NCBI GenBank assembly: GCA_016934055.1
Contig: JAFGTR010000028.1
Span: forward strand, 7,929-71,928
Reading direction: 5' to 3'
Source: Bacteroidales bacterium
Lineage (GTDB): Bacteria > Bacteroidota > Bacteroidia > Bacteroidales > UBA10428
Length of the DNA: 64,000 nucleotides
Position 1 is the stretch's first letter. Every line of letters begins with the position of its first letter. Made by a program: the position numbers and the translations under genes. Shown here piece after piece: positions 1 through 9,741 of this stretch. The notes beneath the pieces were generated by a model that searched no databases, was not told the origin of the DNA, and worked only from the letters and a program-made list of their open reading frames with translations.

Positions 1-1
1 C

Positions 2-910
2 AGCGGCCACGGCCTGGTAGAAGATTTCAGAAATTTGTGGCCCTATACTTTTTCAAACGATCAATATCCTTCTACTTATCCCTATGTGGTTGACAACAAT
101 TTGAAATGGGTCGGTGAAGAGGGGGCCAATATTGAAACTATTTTTGCCATTCATTACTCACCTTATGGCGGTTGGAATGCCCCTCAGAAGTTAAGTTACT
201 CAAATCAACTTGCTTTGTATATGGGAATACGTCACCAAAGTTATTATCCGTTTGGTCAGGGCTGGGGCATAGGTACTGTTAATCCACAGCTCTGGGACAG
301 CTTTGAACCTGATGATATCAGACAGCAGGGATCAATATTGAACCTCAAAGATACCCTTGCAAGTGAAGGCTCAATAAACCGTGAATACATCTGGGGCCAG
401 GATCAGCAATTTCATGAAACAGGACACTGGCAGAAGAAATATATCCCTGTCGTGGTAAAAATGGGTGCAGATTTGAAAGGTATGTATTTTGCCCTTCTTG
501 GAGAACCTGATAATATGCAGCTTTGGAACATGCAGGATGAAGTACTGATCCGTTTTGCCGATATATTGCTGATGGGTGCTGAACTGGGAAGTGCCAATGC
601 ACAAAATTACCTCGACAGGGTCAGAACAAGGGCCGGATTAGGCTCGGTACCGCCAACCCTTGAAAACATTAAACGTGAACGCAGGCATGAGCTTGCTTTC
701 GAAGGACTGCGGTATTTCGACCTGCTGCGCTGGCATGATATTGAAGCAGCCTTTGCCGAGGCCAACAACATACCTGTTAAGAACATAGGCGTTGATGAAA
801 TCTATACAGTCACTTACAGGCCTGAAACAGGAGGCTTCCTGCCTATTCCTGAATCACAGGTCAGGCTTTCCAATGGTGTGATGAAACAAAATACCGGTTG
901 GGAAGAATAG
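2..910 (+). CDS. SusD/RagB-family nutrient-binding outer-membrane protein, C-terminal part (5' end lies outside the window)
   Basis: The frame is open from nt 2, with no stop before the listed TTG at 35. C-terminal SusD hallmarks FADILLMGAELG and RERRHELAFEGLRYFDLLRW are present. A strong terminator follows. Confidence 0.85.
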   Translation, partial: SGHGLVEDFRNLWPYTFSNDQYPSTYPYVVDNNLKWVGEEGANIETIFAIHYSPYGGWNAPQKLSYSNQLALYMGIRHQSYYPFGQGWGIGTVNPQLWDSFEPDDIRQQGSILNLKDTLASEGSINREYIWGQDQQFHETGHWQKKYIPVVVKMGADLKGMYFALLGEPDNMQLWNMQDEVLIRFADILLMGAELGSANAQNYLDRVRTRAGLGSVPPTLENIKRERRHELAFEGLRYFDLLRWHDIEAAFAEANNIPVKNIGVDEIYTVTYRPETGGFLPIPESQVRLSNGVMKQNTGWEE

Positions 911-952
911 AACAAAAGAAGAACATAGATAATGATCAGCGTTTATGCTGAG

Positions 953-990
953 GATAAAAAAACCGGCACTCAAATGCCGGTTTTTTTATC
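953..990 (+). terminator. Rho-independent terminator, symmetric (A-tract / T-tract on both sides)
   Basis: GATAAAAAAACCGGCA-ctcaaa-TGCCGGTTTTTTTATC. Perfect 16-nt arms, 43 nt after the SusD-like stop. Confidence 0.8.
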
Positions 991-1003
991 CTTCAGCCTT
1001 GAA

Positions 1004-1021
1004 GCCTGCCGGCCGGCAGGC
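1004..1021. repeat. GC-rich 18-bp perfect palindrome GCCTGCCGGCCGGCAGGC, related to the CCTGCC..GGCAGG hairpins at 11906 and 45471
   Basis: Read directly. It shares the arms CCTGCC / GGCAGG(CAGG) with two other intergenic elements. Confidence 0.6.
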
Positions 1022-1023
1022 AG

Positions 1024-1091
1024 GTCATGCGGTCATGCAGTCTGGAAGTCATTAAGTCTTGCAGTCGACTGTGGACAGTAGACTGTAGACA
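1024..1091. repeat. Degenerate micro-tandem array: about six 8-nt units GTCnnnnn, then four 7-nt units GTnGACw
   Basis: GTCATGCG GTCATGCA GTCTGGAA GTCATTAA GTCTTGCA GTCGACT GTGGACA GTAGACT GTAGACA. Confidence 0.6.
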
Positions 1092-1176
1092 TATAAATTA
1101 TCCCAATCTGCTAAACATCATTTTTTCCTTATTATGATTCCATTACTTTTACTGTATTAGTATTATTATCTGACTT

Positions 1177-2139
1177 ATGGAACGCATATTGATAATCGGA
1201 GCTTCGGGCCAGATCGGATCTGAGCTGACATTAAAGCTCCGCGAATTATACGGGCATGAAAATGTTTTTGCCACCGATGTTAAAGATGCCCCTCCTGATA
1301 TCAAGGAAAAAGGCCCTTTCCAGTTGCTTGATGTAATGGATGACAAACACCTGATCCATTTTGTGATCCGTCATAAGATCACGCAGATTTATCACCTGGC
1401 GGCTGTTTTGTCGGGAAATGCCGAAAAGCTTCCGGTGCAGGCCTGGCACATCAACATGGACAGCCTGATGAACATTCTGGAAGTAGCAAAACTTGTTGAA
1501 GAAGTCAAAAAAGTCTTCTGGCCCAGTTCCATAGCTGTATTTGGGGCTACAACCCCGCGGCAGATGACACCACAGATCACTCTTATGGAGCCTTCAACCG
1601 TTTATGGTGTCAGTAAACTGGCCGGGGAACGATGGTGTGAATATTATTACAAACGATATGGGGTGGATATCCGAAGCCTGCGTTATCCGGGACTGATAAG
1701 CCATAAGACTGAGCCCGGCGGAGGCACCACCGACTGGGCCGTGGAAATTTATTATGAAGCGGTTAAAAAAAAGCAGTATACCAGTTTTGTTAACGCTGAT
1801 ACCATTATGCCCATGATGTTCATGGATGATGCCATTAAGGCTACCATAAGCCTTATGGAAGCCGGGCGTTCAAGCCTCACCACCCATTCGGCTTATAACA
1901 TAAGCGGGCTTAATTTGTCGCCCGCCATGGTGGCAGAAGACATCAAAAGATATATCCCTGATTTTTCCATTGAATACTTGCCTGATTTCCGCCAGCACAT
2001 TGCCGATACCTGGCCGCAGAGTGTGGATGACAGTGATTTCCGCCATGACATCGGCTGGCAACCCGCCTTTGCCCTCCCGGACATCACCGATGTTATGATA
2101 GATGAGATCAGAAAAAAAATCAGGACATCATTAACATAA
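1177..2139 (+). CDS. tdh: L-threonine 3-dehydrogenase, extended-SDR / UDP-glucose-4-epimerase-like type
   Basis: N-terminal Rossmann motif ILIIGASGQIGSEL. The motifs STVYGVSKLAGERWCEYY, YPGLIS and GGGTTDWAVEIY are typical of SDR-type TDH. It lies directly upstream of kbl, the classic tdh-kbl pair. Confidence 0.8.
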   Translation: MERILIIGASGQIGSELTLKLRELYGHENVFATDVKDAPPDIKEKGPFQLLDVMDDKHLIHFVIRHKITQIYHLAAVLSGNAEKLPVQAWHINMDSLMNILEVAKLVEEVKKVFWPSSIAVFGATTPRQMTPQITLMEPSTVYGVSKLAGERWCEYYYKRYGVDIRSLRYPGLISHKTEPGGGTTDWAVEIYYEAVKKKQYTSFVNADTIMPMMFMDDAIKATISLMEAGRSSLTTHSAYNISGLNLSPAMVAEDIKRYIPDFSIEYLPDFRQHIADTWPQSVDDSDFRHDIGWQPAFALPDITDVMIDEIRKKIRTSLT

Positions 2140-2185
2140 TGCCCGGACACCCTGGCAGGGTGTCCTTAACAAAAACAAGAAAGAT

Positions 2186-3376
2186 ATGTACGGAAAAATA
2201 AAGGAACATTTGCAGCAGGAACTCAGGAATATTGAGGAAGCCGGCCTGTATAAGAAGGAGAGAATCATCGTTTCTCCGCAGGATGCAGTAATAAAAATTG
2301 AAAACGGCGGGGAAGTGCTGAATTTCTGTGCCAACAACTATTTGGGATTGTCATCACACCCGGCACTTATTGAAGCTGCCCGGGAAGCTCTTGACACCTA
2401 TGGTTTTGGCATGTCATCAGTACGTTTTATATGCGGCACGACTGACCTGCATAAAGAACTTGAACGCAAAATAGCCACTTTTTTCGGCACTGAAGAAACC
2501 GTCCTTTATGCGGCCTGCTTCGATGCTAACGGAGGCATTTTTGAGCCCCTGTTATCTGAAAATGATGCCATTGTTTCCGATGCCCTCAATCACGCTTCCA
2601 TCATTGACGGGGTAAGATTGTGTAAAGCGCAGCGTTATCGTTACATTAATACTGACATGAACGATCTCGAGGAACAGTTAAAAAAAGCACAAAAACAGCG
2701 TTTCAGGATTATCGTAACCGACGGGGTTTTTTCAATGGACGGTAACGTGGCTCCTGTTGATAAGATATGTGAACTGGGCCGGAAATACGACGCCCTGGTG
2801 ATGGTGGATGAATGCCATTCAGCAGGAGTGGTAGGAAATACCGGACGCGGGGTAACAGAACTCTTTAACATCAGAGGCGAAGTGGATATCATCACCGGAA
2901 CACTGGGAAAAGCTTTTGGTGGCGCTATTGGCGGTTTCACAACAGGACGGAAAGAGATCATCGACCTTCTCAGGCAACGCTCAAGGCCTTATCTTTTCTC
3001 AAACTCAATTCCGCCAATGATCGCCGCTGCAGGAATTAAGATGTTTGATATGATGAGCGAAACAACGGTATTGCAGGATCGGCTCCATGCCAACACAGAT
3101 TATTTTAAGACCGGGATACAGGAAGCAGGTTTTACAATCAAACCGACTAAATCGGCTATTGTTGCCATCATGCTTTTTGACGCCAGATTATCACAGGATT
3201 TTGCTGCCGCGCTGTTGAAAGAGGGTATTTATGTTATCGGATTTTATTATCCGGTTGTACCACAAGGAGAAGCACGCATCAGGGTTCAGCTTTCTGCTGC
3301 GCATACAAAAGAGCATCTCGACAAAGCCCTGAAGGCTTTTGTTAAGGTGGGGAAAGAGATGAAGGTGATTGTCTGA
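2186..3376 (+). CDS. kbl: 2-amino-3-ketobutyrate CoA ligase (glycine C-acetyltransferase)
   Basis: 396 aa alpha-oxoamine synthase fold: FCANNYLGL, DECHSAGVVG, and the PLP-Lys context TGTLGKAFGG. Paired with tdh. Confidence 0.9.
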   Translation: MYGKIKEHLQQELRNIEEAGLYKKERIIVSPQDAVIKIENGGEVLNFCANNYLGLSSHPALIEAAREALDTYGFGMSSVRFICGTTDLHKELERKIATFFGTEETVLYAACFDANGGIFEPLLSENDAIVSDALNHASIIDGVRLCKAQRYRYINTDMNDLEEQLKKAQKQRFRIIVTDGVFSMDGNVAPVDKICELGRKYDALVMVDECHSAGVVGNTGRGVTELFNIRGEVDIITGTLGKAFGGAIGGFTTGRKEIIDLLRQRSRPYLFSNSIPPMIAAAGIKMFDMMSETTVLQDRLHANTDYFKTGIQEAGFTIKPTKSAIVAIMLFDARLSQDFAAALLKEGIYVIGFYYPVVPQGEARIRVQLSAAHTKEHLDKALKAFVKVGKEMKVIV

Positions 3377-3517
3377 ACCAGGATTTTCAGGATTCGAGAA
3401 TTACAGGATTTAATATTTTCTTGATTTCTGAAGTGGGCATAAGAATCTGAAGGTGCATGAGCATACTCAAGGAATAATCGTATCATCCTGATAATCCCTA
3501 AAAAACCTGGTTCAGAC
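3371..3517. repeat. 147-bp palindromic spacer (MITE-like or long bidirectional hairpin) between the convergent kbl and psd genes
   Basis: Perfect 12-nt inverted termini GTCTGAACCAGG (3371-3382) and CCTGGTTCAGAC (3506-3517). Imperfect complementarity extends inward. Internal repeats of about 9 nt (CAGGATT). Confidence 0.6.
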
Positions 3518-4173
3518 TATTTCCACAAAGCAATCACATCCACATTCCCTTTTACCTTCTGGTTTAATGTAACCTGAATATCTGCATCAAGCGGAAGAAA
3601 GATATCTGCACGTGACCCGAATTTGATAAAACCCAGCTCTTCTCCCTGTCTTATTTGTAATCCTTCTTTTGCATAGGTTACAATACGTCGTGCAACAGCT
3701 CCGGCAATCTGCCTGACCAGTATTTCCTGCCCTTTTGAATTTTTAATGACAACAGAAGCTCTTTCATTCAACTCCGATGATTTGGGATGCCAGGCAACCA
3801 GGTATTTCCCGGGGTGATATTTCAAATAAGTTACAAGGCCGTTTATCGGATAGCGGTTGACATGCACATTAAGCGGAGACATAAAAACAGAAACCTGCCA
3901 CCGCTCATCCTTGAAATACTCCTTCTCAAATGTTTTTTCAATAACCACAATTTTGCCGTCTGCCGGGCAAAGAATACTGTTTTCATCAGGGAAAACAGGC
4001 CTTAAAGGACTTCTGAAAAACCATAAGGCCAGCAAAAAAACCGGAATGGTAACAAGTGCCGTGATAATTTGAATCAATAAGCTGTCTGATACGGCATAAA
4101 CAATATAATTGACCAGGACAATGGCAGAAAAAACAATGGCTAATGTGAGTATACCTTCTTTGTGGATGTTCAT
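3517..4173 (-). CDS. psd: Phosphatidylserine decarboxylase proenzyme
   Basis: 218 aa with N-terminal TM helices, a conserved core, and the FGSR self-cleavage (G-S) site near the C-terminus. Adjacent to cdsA. Confidence 0.88.
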   Translation of the reverse strand: MNIHKEGILTLAIVFSAIVLVNYIVYAVSDSLLIQIITALVTIPVFLLALWFFRSPLRPVFPDENSILCPADGKIVVIEKTFEKEYFKDERWQVSVFMSPLNVHVNRYPINGLVTYLKYHPGKYLVAWHPKSSELNERASVVIKNSKGQEILVRQIAGAVARRIVTYAKEGLQIRQGEELGFIKFGSRADIFLPLDADIQVTLNQKVKGNVDVIALWK

Positions 4174-4185
4174 TTCTGTTGTATT

Positions 4186-5013
4186 TTATGGTAAAACAGT
4201 TTTCAATTTCAGGTAAGTAAATGAAATCGGAATAATAAACAAAAGAGAATCCATACGATCAAGCAGGCCGCCATGGCCGGGCATGAGACTGCCGGAGTCC
4301 TTAACCCCGGCGTTTCGCTTAAGCAAAGACTCGAACAAATCACCAAAGACACCAAATACAGATACCAGAAGGCTTAAAATAATCCAGTCCATACGAGGCA
4401 GTACAGGGGCAAAATAATTGAGAAAATATCCCAGTATAACAGTGAAAACGGCTCCTCCGATAAATCCTTCCCATGATTTTTTTGGAGAAATGCGTTCAAA
4501 CAGGCGATGTTTTCCGAAAAGCATACCAAACACATAGGCCCCGGTATCATTCAGCCAAATCAGGCATAAAAGACCCAACAATATACCGGGTGTATAAATA
4601 TGGTTGTTCATGTCGGGAAAGGCCAGCCATGCTGAAATTGAATAGGGAATGGCAATGTATATCCACCCGAAGATCAGCAATGCTGCCGATATTAAAGTGT
4701 TATCCCTGGTACGGTATAACCCGGCAATACAGATAAAAAGTACAGCAGGAATGATCAGTGTAAAAAAGGCCGGGTTCAGCATGCCTGAAAAACACAAATA
4801 GCTTAAGATAAATATAAGACTCCCTGTGATAATCCCGGAAAATTTTTGCACAGAGTAAGCCGGTTCAGGAAAGAAGCGATAAAATTCATGCAGGGTCAAA
4901 AAAGTAAGGACAAGAAATAACAGACCATAAAAATACTGACCGGCCACAATTGAACCTGCCATCAAGAGGATATATCCGATCCCGGAGAACAATCGTTTAA
5001 AAAAGTTATTCAA
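4186..5013 (-). CDS. cdsA: Phosphatidate cytidylyltransferase (CDP-diglyceride synthase)
   Basis: Polytopic membrane protein carrying the CdsA signature SLLKRNAGVKDSGSLMPGHGGLLDRMDS. Confidence 0.9.
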   Translation of the reverse strand: MNNFFKRLFSGIGYILLMAGSIVAGQYFYGLLFLVLTFLTLHEFYRFFPEPAYSVQKFSGIITGSLIFILSYLCFSGMLNPAFFTLIIPAVLFICIAGLYRTRDNTLISAALLIFGWIYIAIPYSISAWLAFPDMNNHIYTPGILLGLLCLIWLNDTGAYVFGMLFGKHRLFERISPKKSWEGFIGGAVFTVILGYFLNYFAPVLPRMDWIILSLLVSVFGVFGDLFESLLKRNAGVKDSGSLMPGHGGLLDRMDSLLFIIPISFTYLKLKTVLP

Positions 5014-5218
5014 AATGTGCTGATTTTAATAAATGCATGGCTTTAATAACATCTGTTCTTCTGACATGGACTTCGATGTAACCACTCGGATGAAGGTAAA
5101 CAGAATCTGTTTTGTTTATAATAACAGAATCAATGCCCTCGTCACTGAGAATATTTCTTGCATACTCTGCCCGGTAAATATTTCCGGTACTAAAAACGGT
5201 TGTCCAGTCATTTTCCAT
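5006..5218 (-). CDS. DUF2007-like small protein (putative signal-transducing protein)
   Basis: 70 aa. It sits between ftsH and cdsA and overlaps cdsA by 8 nt. The assignment is from recalled family resemblance only. Confidence 0.55.
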   Translation of the reverse strand: MENDWTTVFSTGNIYRAEYARNILSDEGIDSVIINKTDSVYLHPSGYIEVHVRRTDVIKAMHLLKSAHFE

Positions 5219-5248
5219 TGAATCTCTGCAAAACTATATCCACACTTG

Positions 5249-7339
5249 TCAGGCCGACTTCTTTATTGATTCTGCCTTGTCGTTTGTGTTACCTGTTTCA
5301 CTTTTTGCCTTAAGGCTTTTTGCAGTCTTCCGGGATTTTTTCTGTTTTTTGCCAACATCAGGAGTTTTGTCGCCTTTTCTTTTCCCAAAAATCTTTTCCA
5401 GATCTTCGGCAAAGATGACTTCCTTCTCAAGCAGTTGCTCCGAAAGTTTCGTCAGTCCTTCTTTATGTTCTTCCAGAATTCTCAAGGCTCTCTCATATTG
5501 TTGTGTTACTATTTCTTTTACCTCATGGTCAATCATTTCCGAGGTTTTTTCACTATAAGGCTTGTGGAATGAGTATTCCGATTGACCTGTAGAATCATAG
5601 AAACTGATATTTCCGACTTTATCGCTTAGTCCGAAATATATCACCATTGCATAGGCCTGCTTGGTAACTTTTTCGAGGTCATTAACCGCTCCTGTCGATA
5701 TCTTTTTAAAGATGGTCTGTTCAGAAGCCCTGCCACCCAATGTTGCACACATTTCATCCAGTAACTGTTCACGTGTTGTTATCTGTCTTTCTTCAGGCAA
5801 ATACCATGCGGCTCCCAGTGATTTGCCCCTTGGAATAATGGTTACCTTAACCATGGGATTGGCATGCTCAAGCAACCAGCTTACGGTTGCATGACCGCCT
5901 TCATGAAAAGCAATGGTCCGCTTTTCATCAGGTGAAATAATCTTGTTCTTTTTTTCAAGTCCTCCCACAATTCTGTCAATGGCATCGAGAAAATCTTGTT
6001 TCTGCACAGCCTTTTTACTTTTCCGGGCAGCTATAAGAGCAGCTTCATTGCATACGTTGGCAATATCCGCCCCCGAAAAGCCGGGTGTCTGGCGAGCCAG
6101 AAAATCGATATCAAGGCTTTTTTCAATTTTTATGGGCCTCAGATGAACCAGGAAAATTTCCCTGCGCTCAGTGAGGTCGGGAAGCTCAACATATATTTGT
6201 CTGTCAAAACGTCCGGCCCTGAGTAATGCTTTATCAAGAATATCGGCACGGTTCGTGGCAGCTAAAATAATAACGCCGGCATTGGATGCAAATCCGTCCA
6301 TTTCTGTCAGCAATTGATTCAGTGTATTTTCACGTTCATCATTTGCTCCAAAATTGGGATTTCTGCCTCTTGCCCGTCCTATTGCATCGATTTCATCAAT
6401 GAATACAATACACGGGGCCTTTTCTTTTGCCGTTTTGAACAGGTCTCGCACCCTTGATGCCCCTACGCCGACAAACATTTCAACAAAATCGGAACCCGAC
6501 AGTGAAAAAAACGGCACATGTGCCTCTCCGGCAACTGCCCTGGCAAGAAGTGTCTTTCCTGTTCCCGGTGGTCCAACCAAAAGAGCCCCCTTGGGAATTT
6601 TTCCTCCCAGGTCGGTATATTTTTTTGGCTTTTTCAGAAAGTCGACAATTTCCTTGATTTCAATCTTTGCCTCTTCCAAACCGGCAACATCTTTAAAATC
6701 GATTTTAACGTTAGTATCTTTATCAAAGATCTTGGCTTTCGATTTCCCTACATTGAAAATATTGGTTCCTCCGGCACCAGGTCCGCCTCCGCTCATTCTC
6801 CGGAAAATGACAATATACAATATAACCAGGGCAATAACAGGCAACAGGTACCAGATGACCTGACCAAAAGACTGTTTGTCTCTGGAAACTGCGTATATCT
6901 TATTCTCTTCGGAAACATCTTCCTGTGCCTCTTCAAGTCTTTCTTCAAATTTTTCAAGGGATAACATGCCCTGCAACTTGTAATGAGGTCCTGTACGGCT
7001 CAGTGCATTAAGCCCTTTTGATGTCAGTTTCTGATGTTTGGGTTGATTCAGGTACTCAGGTTTGATATAGATCTCAACATCTTTATTGTTGACAACAACT
7101 ACCTTCTGTACTTCACCCTTCAGCAACAACTCATTCTTAAAAAAATACCAGTCGATTTCCGGTGGCTGTTGCCCTGAATCAAATAAATAAATCGATACAA
7201 GAGTCATCCCTATGAGAACATAAAGCCATACAGCGTTAAATTTTGGCTTTTTATTCCCTGTAAATGAATTATCTGTTTTACGTTCTCTATTATTTTCAGT
7301 ATTATTGACAGATTCCTTTTTTTCGTTGGTTTCTTCCAT
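5249..7339 (-). CDS. ftsH: ATP-dependent zinc metalloprotease FtsH
   Basis: Walker A GPPGTGKT, Walker [10 protein letters not shown], second region of homology, and zinc motif HEGGHA. 696 aa with a lysine-rich tail. Confidence 0.96.
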   Translation of the reverse strand: MEETNEKKESVNNTENNRERKTDNSFTGNKKPKFNAVWLYVLIGMTLVSIYLFDSGQQPPEIDWYFFKNELLLKGEVQKVVVVNNKDVEIYIKPEYLNQPKHQKLTSKGLNALSRTGPHYKLQGMLSLEKFEERLEEAQEDVSEENKIYAVSRDKQSFGQVIWYLLPVIALVILYIVIFRRMSGGGPGAGGTNIFNVGKSKAKIFDKDTNVKIDFKDVAGLEEAKIEIKEIVDFLKKPKKYTDLGGKIPKGALLVGPPGTGKTLLARAVAGEAHVPFFSLSGSDFVEMFVGVGASRVRDLFKTAKEKAPCIVFIDEIDAIGRARGRNPNFGANDERENTLNQLLTEMDGFASNAGVIILAATNRADILDKALLRAGRFDRQIYVELPDLTERREIFLVHLRPIKIEKSLDIDFLARQTPGFSGADIANVCNEAALIAARKSKKAVQKQDFLDAIDRIVGGLEKKNKIISPDEKRTIAFHEGGHATVSWLLEHANPMVKVTIIPRGKSLGAAWYLPEERQITTREQLLDEMCATLGGRASEQTIFKKISTGAVNDLEKVTKQAYAMVIYFGLSDKVGNISFYDSTGQSEYSFHKPYSEKTSEMIDHEVKEIVTQQYERALRILEEHKEGLTKLSEQLLEKEVIFAEDLEKIFGKRKGDKTPDVGKKQKKSRKTAKSLKAKSETGNTNDKAESIKKSA

Positions 7340-7358
7340 CCTTGTTGATTCTTTATTT

Positions 7359-7715
7359 TTATTCTTCTTTTATAATTGTCAAGTCCGCATCTCCCCACAA
7401 TTCTTCGAGTTTATAATAATCACGGGCCTCTTTAATAAAAACATGTACTACCACAGATCCGTAATCGAGCAATATCCATCTTGCATTTTCGGTCCCCTCG
7501 CGATGTTTAACATTTGTTCCGGTCAATTCCTTAACTTTTTTCTCAACAGCATCGGCTATGGCATGGACCTGTGTTGTTGAACCGCCATGACACAGAATGA
7601 AACTATCGCACATGGCATATCCCAGTTTAATCAGATCAATTTTGACAACTTCTTTGCCCTTTTTGTCCAGTATTGCATCTGTTATACAATTTAGCAATTC
7701 GTTATTATTTCCCAA
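7359..7715 (-). CDS. rsfS: Ribosome silencing factor RsfS (Iojap family)
   Basis: 118 aa. The profile ILDKKGKEVVKIDL...HVFIKEARDYYKLEELW is typical of RsfS. The only available start in frame is TTG. Confidence 0.85.
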   Translation of the reverse strand: MGNNNELLNCITDAILDKKGKEVVKIDLIKLGYAMCDSFILCHGGSTTQVHAIADAVEKKVKELTGTNVKHREGTENARWILLDYGSVVVHVFIKEARDYYKLEELWGDADLTIIKEE

Positions 7716-7746
7716 AATTAATGAATGTATTAATAGTATTACTCTG

Positions 7747-7754
7747 CAAAATTA
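7747..7754 (-). promoter_or_regulatory. Candidate Bacteroidota -7 box TAATTTTG for rsfS-ftsH
   Basis: Matches TAnnTTTG 32 nt upstream of the rsfS TTG start. It is part of a 14-nt direct repeat. Confidence 0.4.
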
Positions 7755-7887
7755 ATGAATTTAGCAGGATTATAATGTATAATTCAGACCGTTTATCATG
7801 TCTGACATTTAGGTATCTTTGTTTTAACACCTTTGTTGTTTATTTGTTCTATCAACAATAGTACCAAAACCATCAAAGTCACCTTTT

Positions 7888-8640
7888 ATGCCTGCTGAAA
7901 TTACACTGGGATCCCCATTAATTCGACTCGATCATATTGATTCCACCAATGCCTATGCGATGAGCATAATCAAAAAGAGGGAGGCCGGAGAGGGGACTGT
8001 AATTTTGGCAGATTTTCAAACCGGGGGACGGGGTCAAAAGGGAAATGTCTGGGAGAGTCAGAAAGGGATGAATCTTACATTCAGTGTTATACTCTTCCCG
8101 GAATTTCTGGAGGCGGGCAAACAATTTTATCTGTTGATGAGTACATCTCTGGGTATGATTGATTTATTAAAGCAGGCAGGCATAAAAGCCATGATCAAAT
8201 GGCCGAATGACATCTGTGTTTCGGGTAAAAAAATAAGCGGAATACTGATTGAGAATTCCCTGAAAGGGGCTTATATATCATCATCGATCGTTGGAATCGG
8301 TTTGAATGTCAACCAGACACATTATGTAACCCCAGGCATAATGCCCACATCAGTAAAACTTGAAACAGGCAGGGAAATGAATTGCGACATTTTATTTTCC
8401 GAAACATTAAGACATCTCACAATATGGATACGCAAACTGTACAGGAATGAATGGCCTGCCATTCGTGAAAAATACCTTCAGCATCTCTGGCAATACCATA
8501 AATGGTCTGATTATGCAGACTCAACCGGCAGTTTCCGTGGCCGGATAACTGATATTCTTGAAGGAGGAGAGCTGGTGATTGAGAAACAAAACGGGATATA
8601 TGAAAAATATTTGTTTAAAGAAATAGAATATGGTTCATAA
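7888..8640 (+). CDS. birA: Biotin--[acetyl-CoA-carboxylase] ligase (no N-terminal HTH, group I)
   Basis: 250 aa. GRGQKGNVWES (the GRGRxGRxW-type motif) and KWPNDI are present. Confidence 0.85.
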   Translation: MPAEITLGSPLIRLDHIDSTNAYAMSIIKKREAGEGTVILADFQTGGRGQKGNVWESQKGMNLTFSVILFPEFLEAGKQFYLLMSTSLGMIDLLKQAGIKAMIKWPNDICVSGKKISGILIENSLKGAYISSSIVGIGLNVNQTHYVTPGIMPTSVKLETGREMNCDILFSETLRHLTIWIRKLYRNEWPAIREKYLQHLWQYHKWSDYADSTGSFRGRITDILEGGELVIEKQNGIYEKYLFKEIEYGS

Positions 8641-8666
8641 TCAAGCGATTAAGAGCTTCGACAGAA

Positions 8667-9071
8667 TTAACTAAACTTAATCTTTCCCATCTGCTCAACG
8701 AGCGTATCAATGAATTGCTGCAGGGGTTTTTGTGCCATCATCTGCAGAAACGGATTAAGGTCAGCGTCAAGTGTGAGTCTGGTGCGTGTATCGGCTTCGG
8801 CGGTTTGTTTTAGCTGGATCCATAATGTAAATGAATAAGGGCTGTCATGGCCTGATCCCAGTTTAATAAGATTATGCGGTTCCCTTTCAATAACTATAAG
8901 TTCGATTTCCCCGAGACCTGCAATGCCAAGTTTACAATTGTCCCTGTTAAACTCCCATGAGGTCAGTTTTTCTTTAGGAACCAGAGGCTCCAAATTGTTT
9001 AAATCAGAAAGAAAAGTGAATATTTTATCTTCATTATCCCGTATTTTGCCTACACGGCTTTCAATTCTCAT
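8667..9071 (-). CDS. SRPBCC-superfamily small protein (function unknown)
   Basis: 134 aa. Size and pattern resemble START/polyketide-cyclase-like proteins. Weak, recollection-based call. Confidence 0.45.
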   Translation of the reverse strand: MRIESRVGKIRDNEDKIFTFLSDLNNLEPLVPKEKLTSWEFNRDNCKLGIAGLGEIELIVIEREPHNLIKLGSGHDSPYSFTLWIQLKQTAEADTRTRLTLDADLNPFLQMMAQKPLQQFIDTLVEQMGKIKFS

Positions 9072-9098
9072 AAAATCATCTTATTGATTAAAAACAAT

Positions 9099-9737
9099 TC
9101 AATCCGGAGGGGTCCAGGTATCAGGACTTTTTCGCCATTGCTGTAAAACATAACGTGTATCAGCGTCAATATAATCTGACTCAACGGCAATCTCAAGCAA
9201 GGTTTCATAATTGCTGAGGGTAATCAGGGGGCAGTCAGCTTTACTGAAATTTTCAAGAGCAATATTGAAGCCGTATGTAAAAACAGCCAGCATACCCAGC
9301 ACTGTACAGCCCTGTTGCCTCAATGCCTCAACGGCCTTCAGGCTGCTCCCTCCGGTGGATATAAGGTCTTCTATAACAACAACCTTCTGGCCGGGTTTCG
9401 GATCGCCTTCAATAAGGTTTTCGAGACCATGGCTTTTGGGCTGTGGCCTTACATAAAAAAACGGAAGCCCAAGAGCATCTGCCACCAGTGCACCCTGTGC
9501 AATAGCCCCGGTTGCCACACCAGCAATAGCTTCTGTTGATAAATAATTTTCCTTTATAAGGTTCACCAGGCTATCTTTGATGAAGTTTCGAATTTCCGGA
9601 TAAGACAAGGTTTTTCTGTTGTCACAATAAATCGGCGATTTCCAGCCTGAAGCCCATAAAAAAGGATTTTTAGGGCTGAGTTTAATAGCCTGACATTGTA
9701 ACAATAATCGGGCGGTTTTTTTCTCATATTGTTCCAT
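9099..9737 (-). CDS. pyrE: Orotate phosphoribosyltransferase
   Basis: PRPP-binding motif VVVIEDLISTGGSS, plus WASGWKSPIYCDNR. I prefer the start at MEQYEKK (ATG 9737, 212 aa) over the listed 9800 start. Confidence 0.9.
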   Translation of the reverse strand: MEQYEKKTARLLLQCQAIKLSPKNPFLWASGWKSPIYCDNRKTLSYPEIRNFIKDSLVNLIKENYLSTEAIAGVATGAIAQGALVADALGLPFFYVRPQPKSHGLENLIEGDPKPGQKVVVIEDLISTGGSSLKAVEALRQQGCTVLGMLAVFTYGFNIALENFSKADCPLITLSNYETLLEIAVESDYIDADTRYVLQQWRKSPDTWTPPD

Positions 9738-9741
9738 TTCA

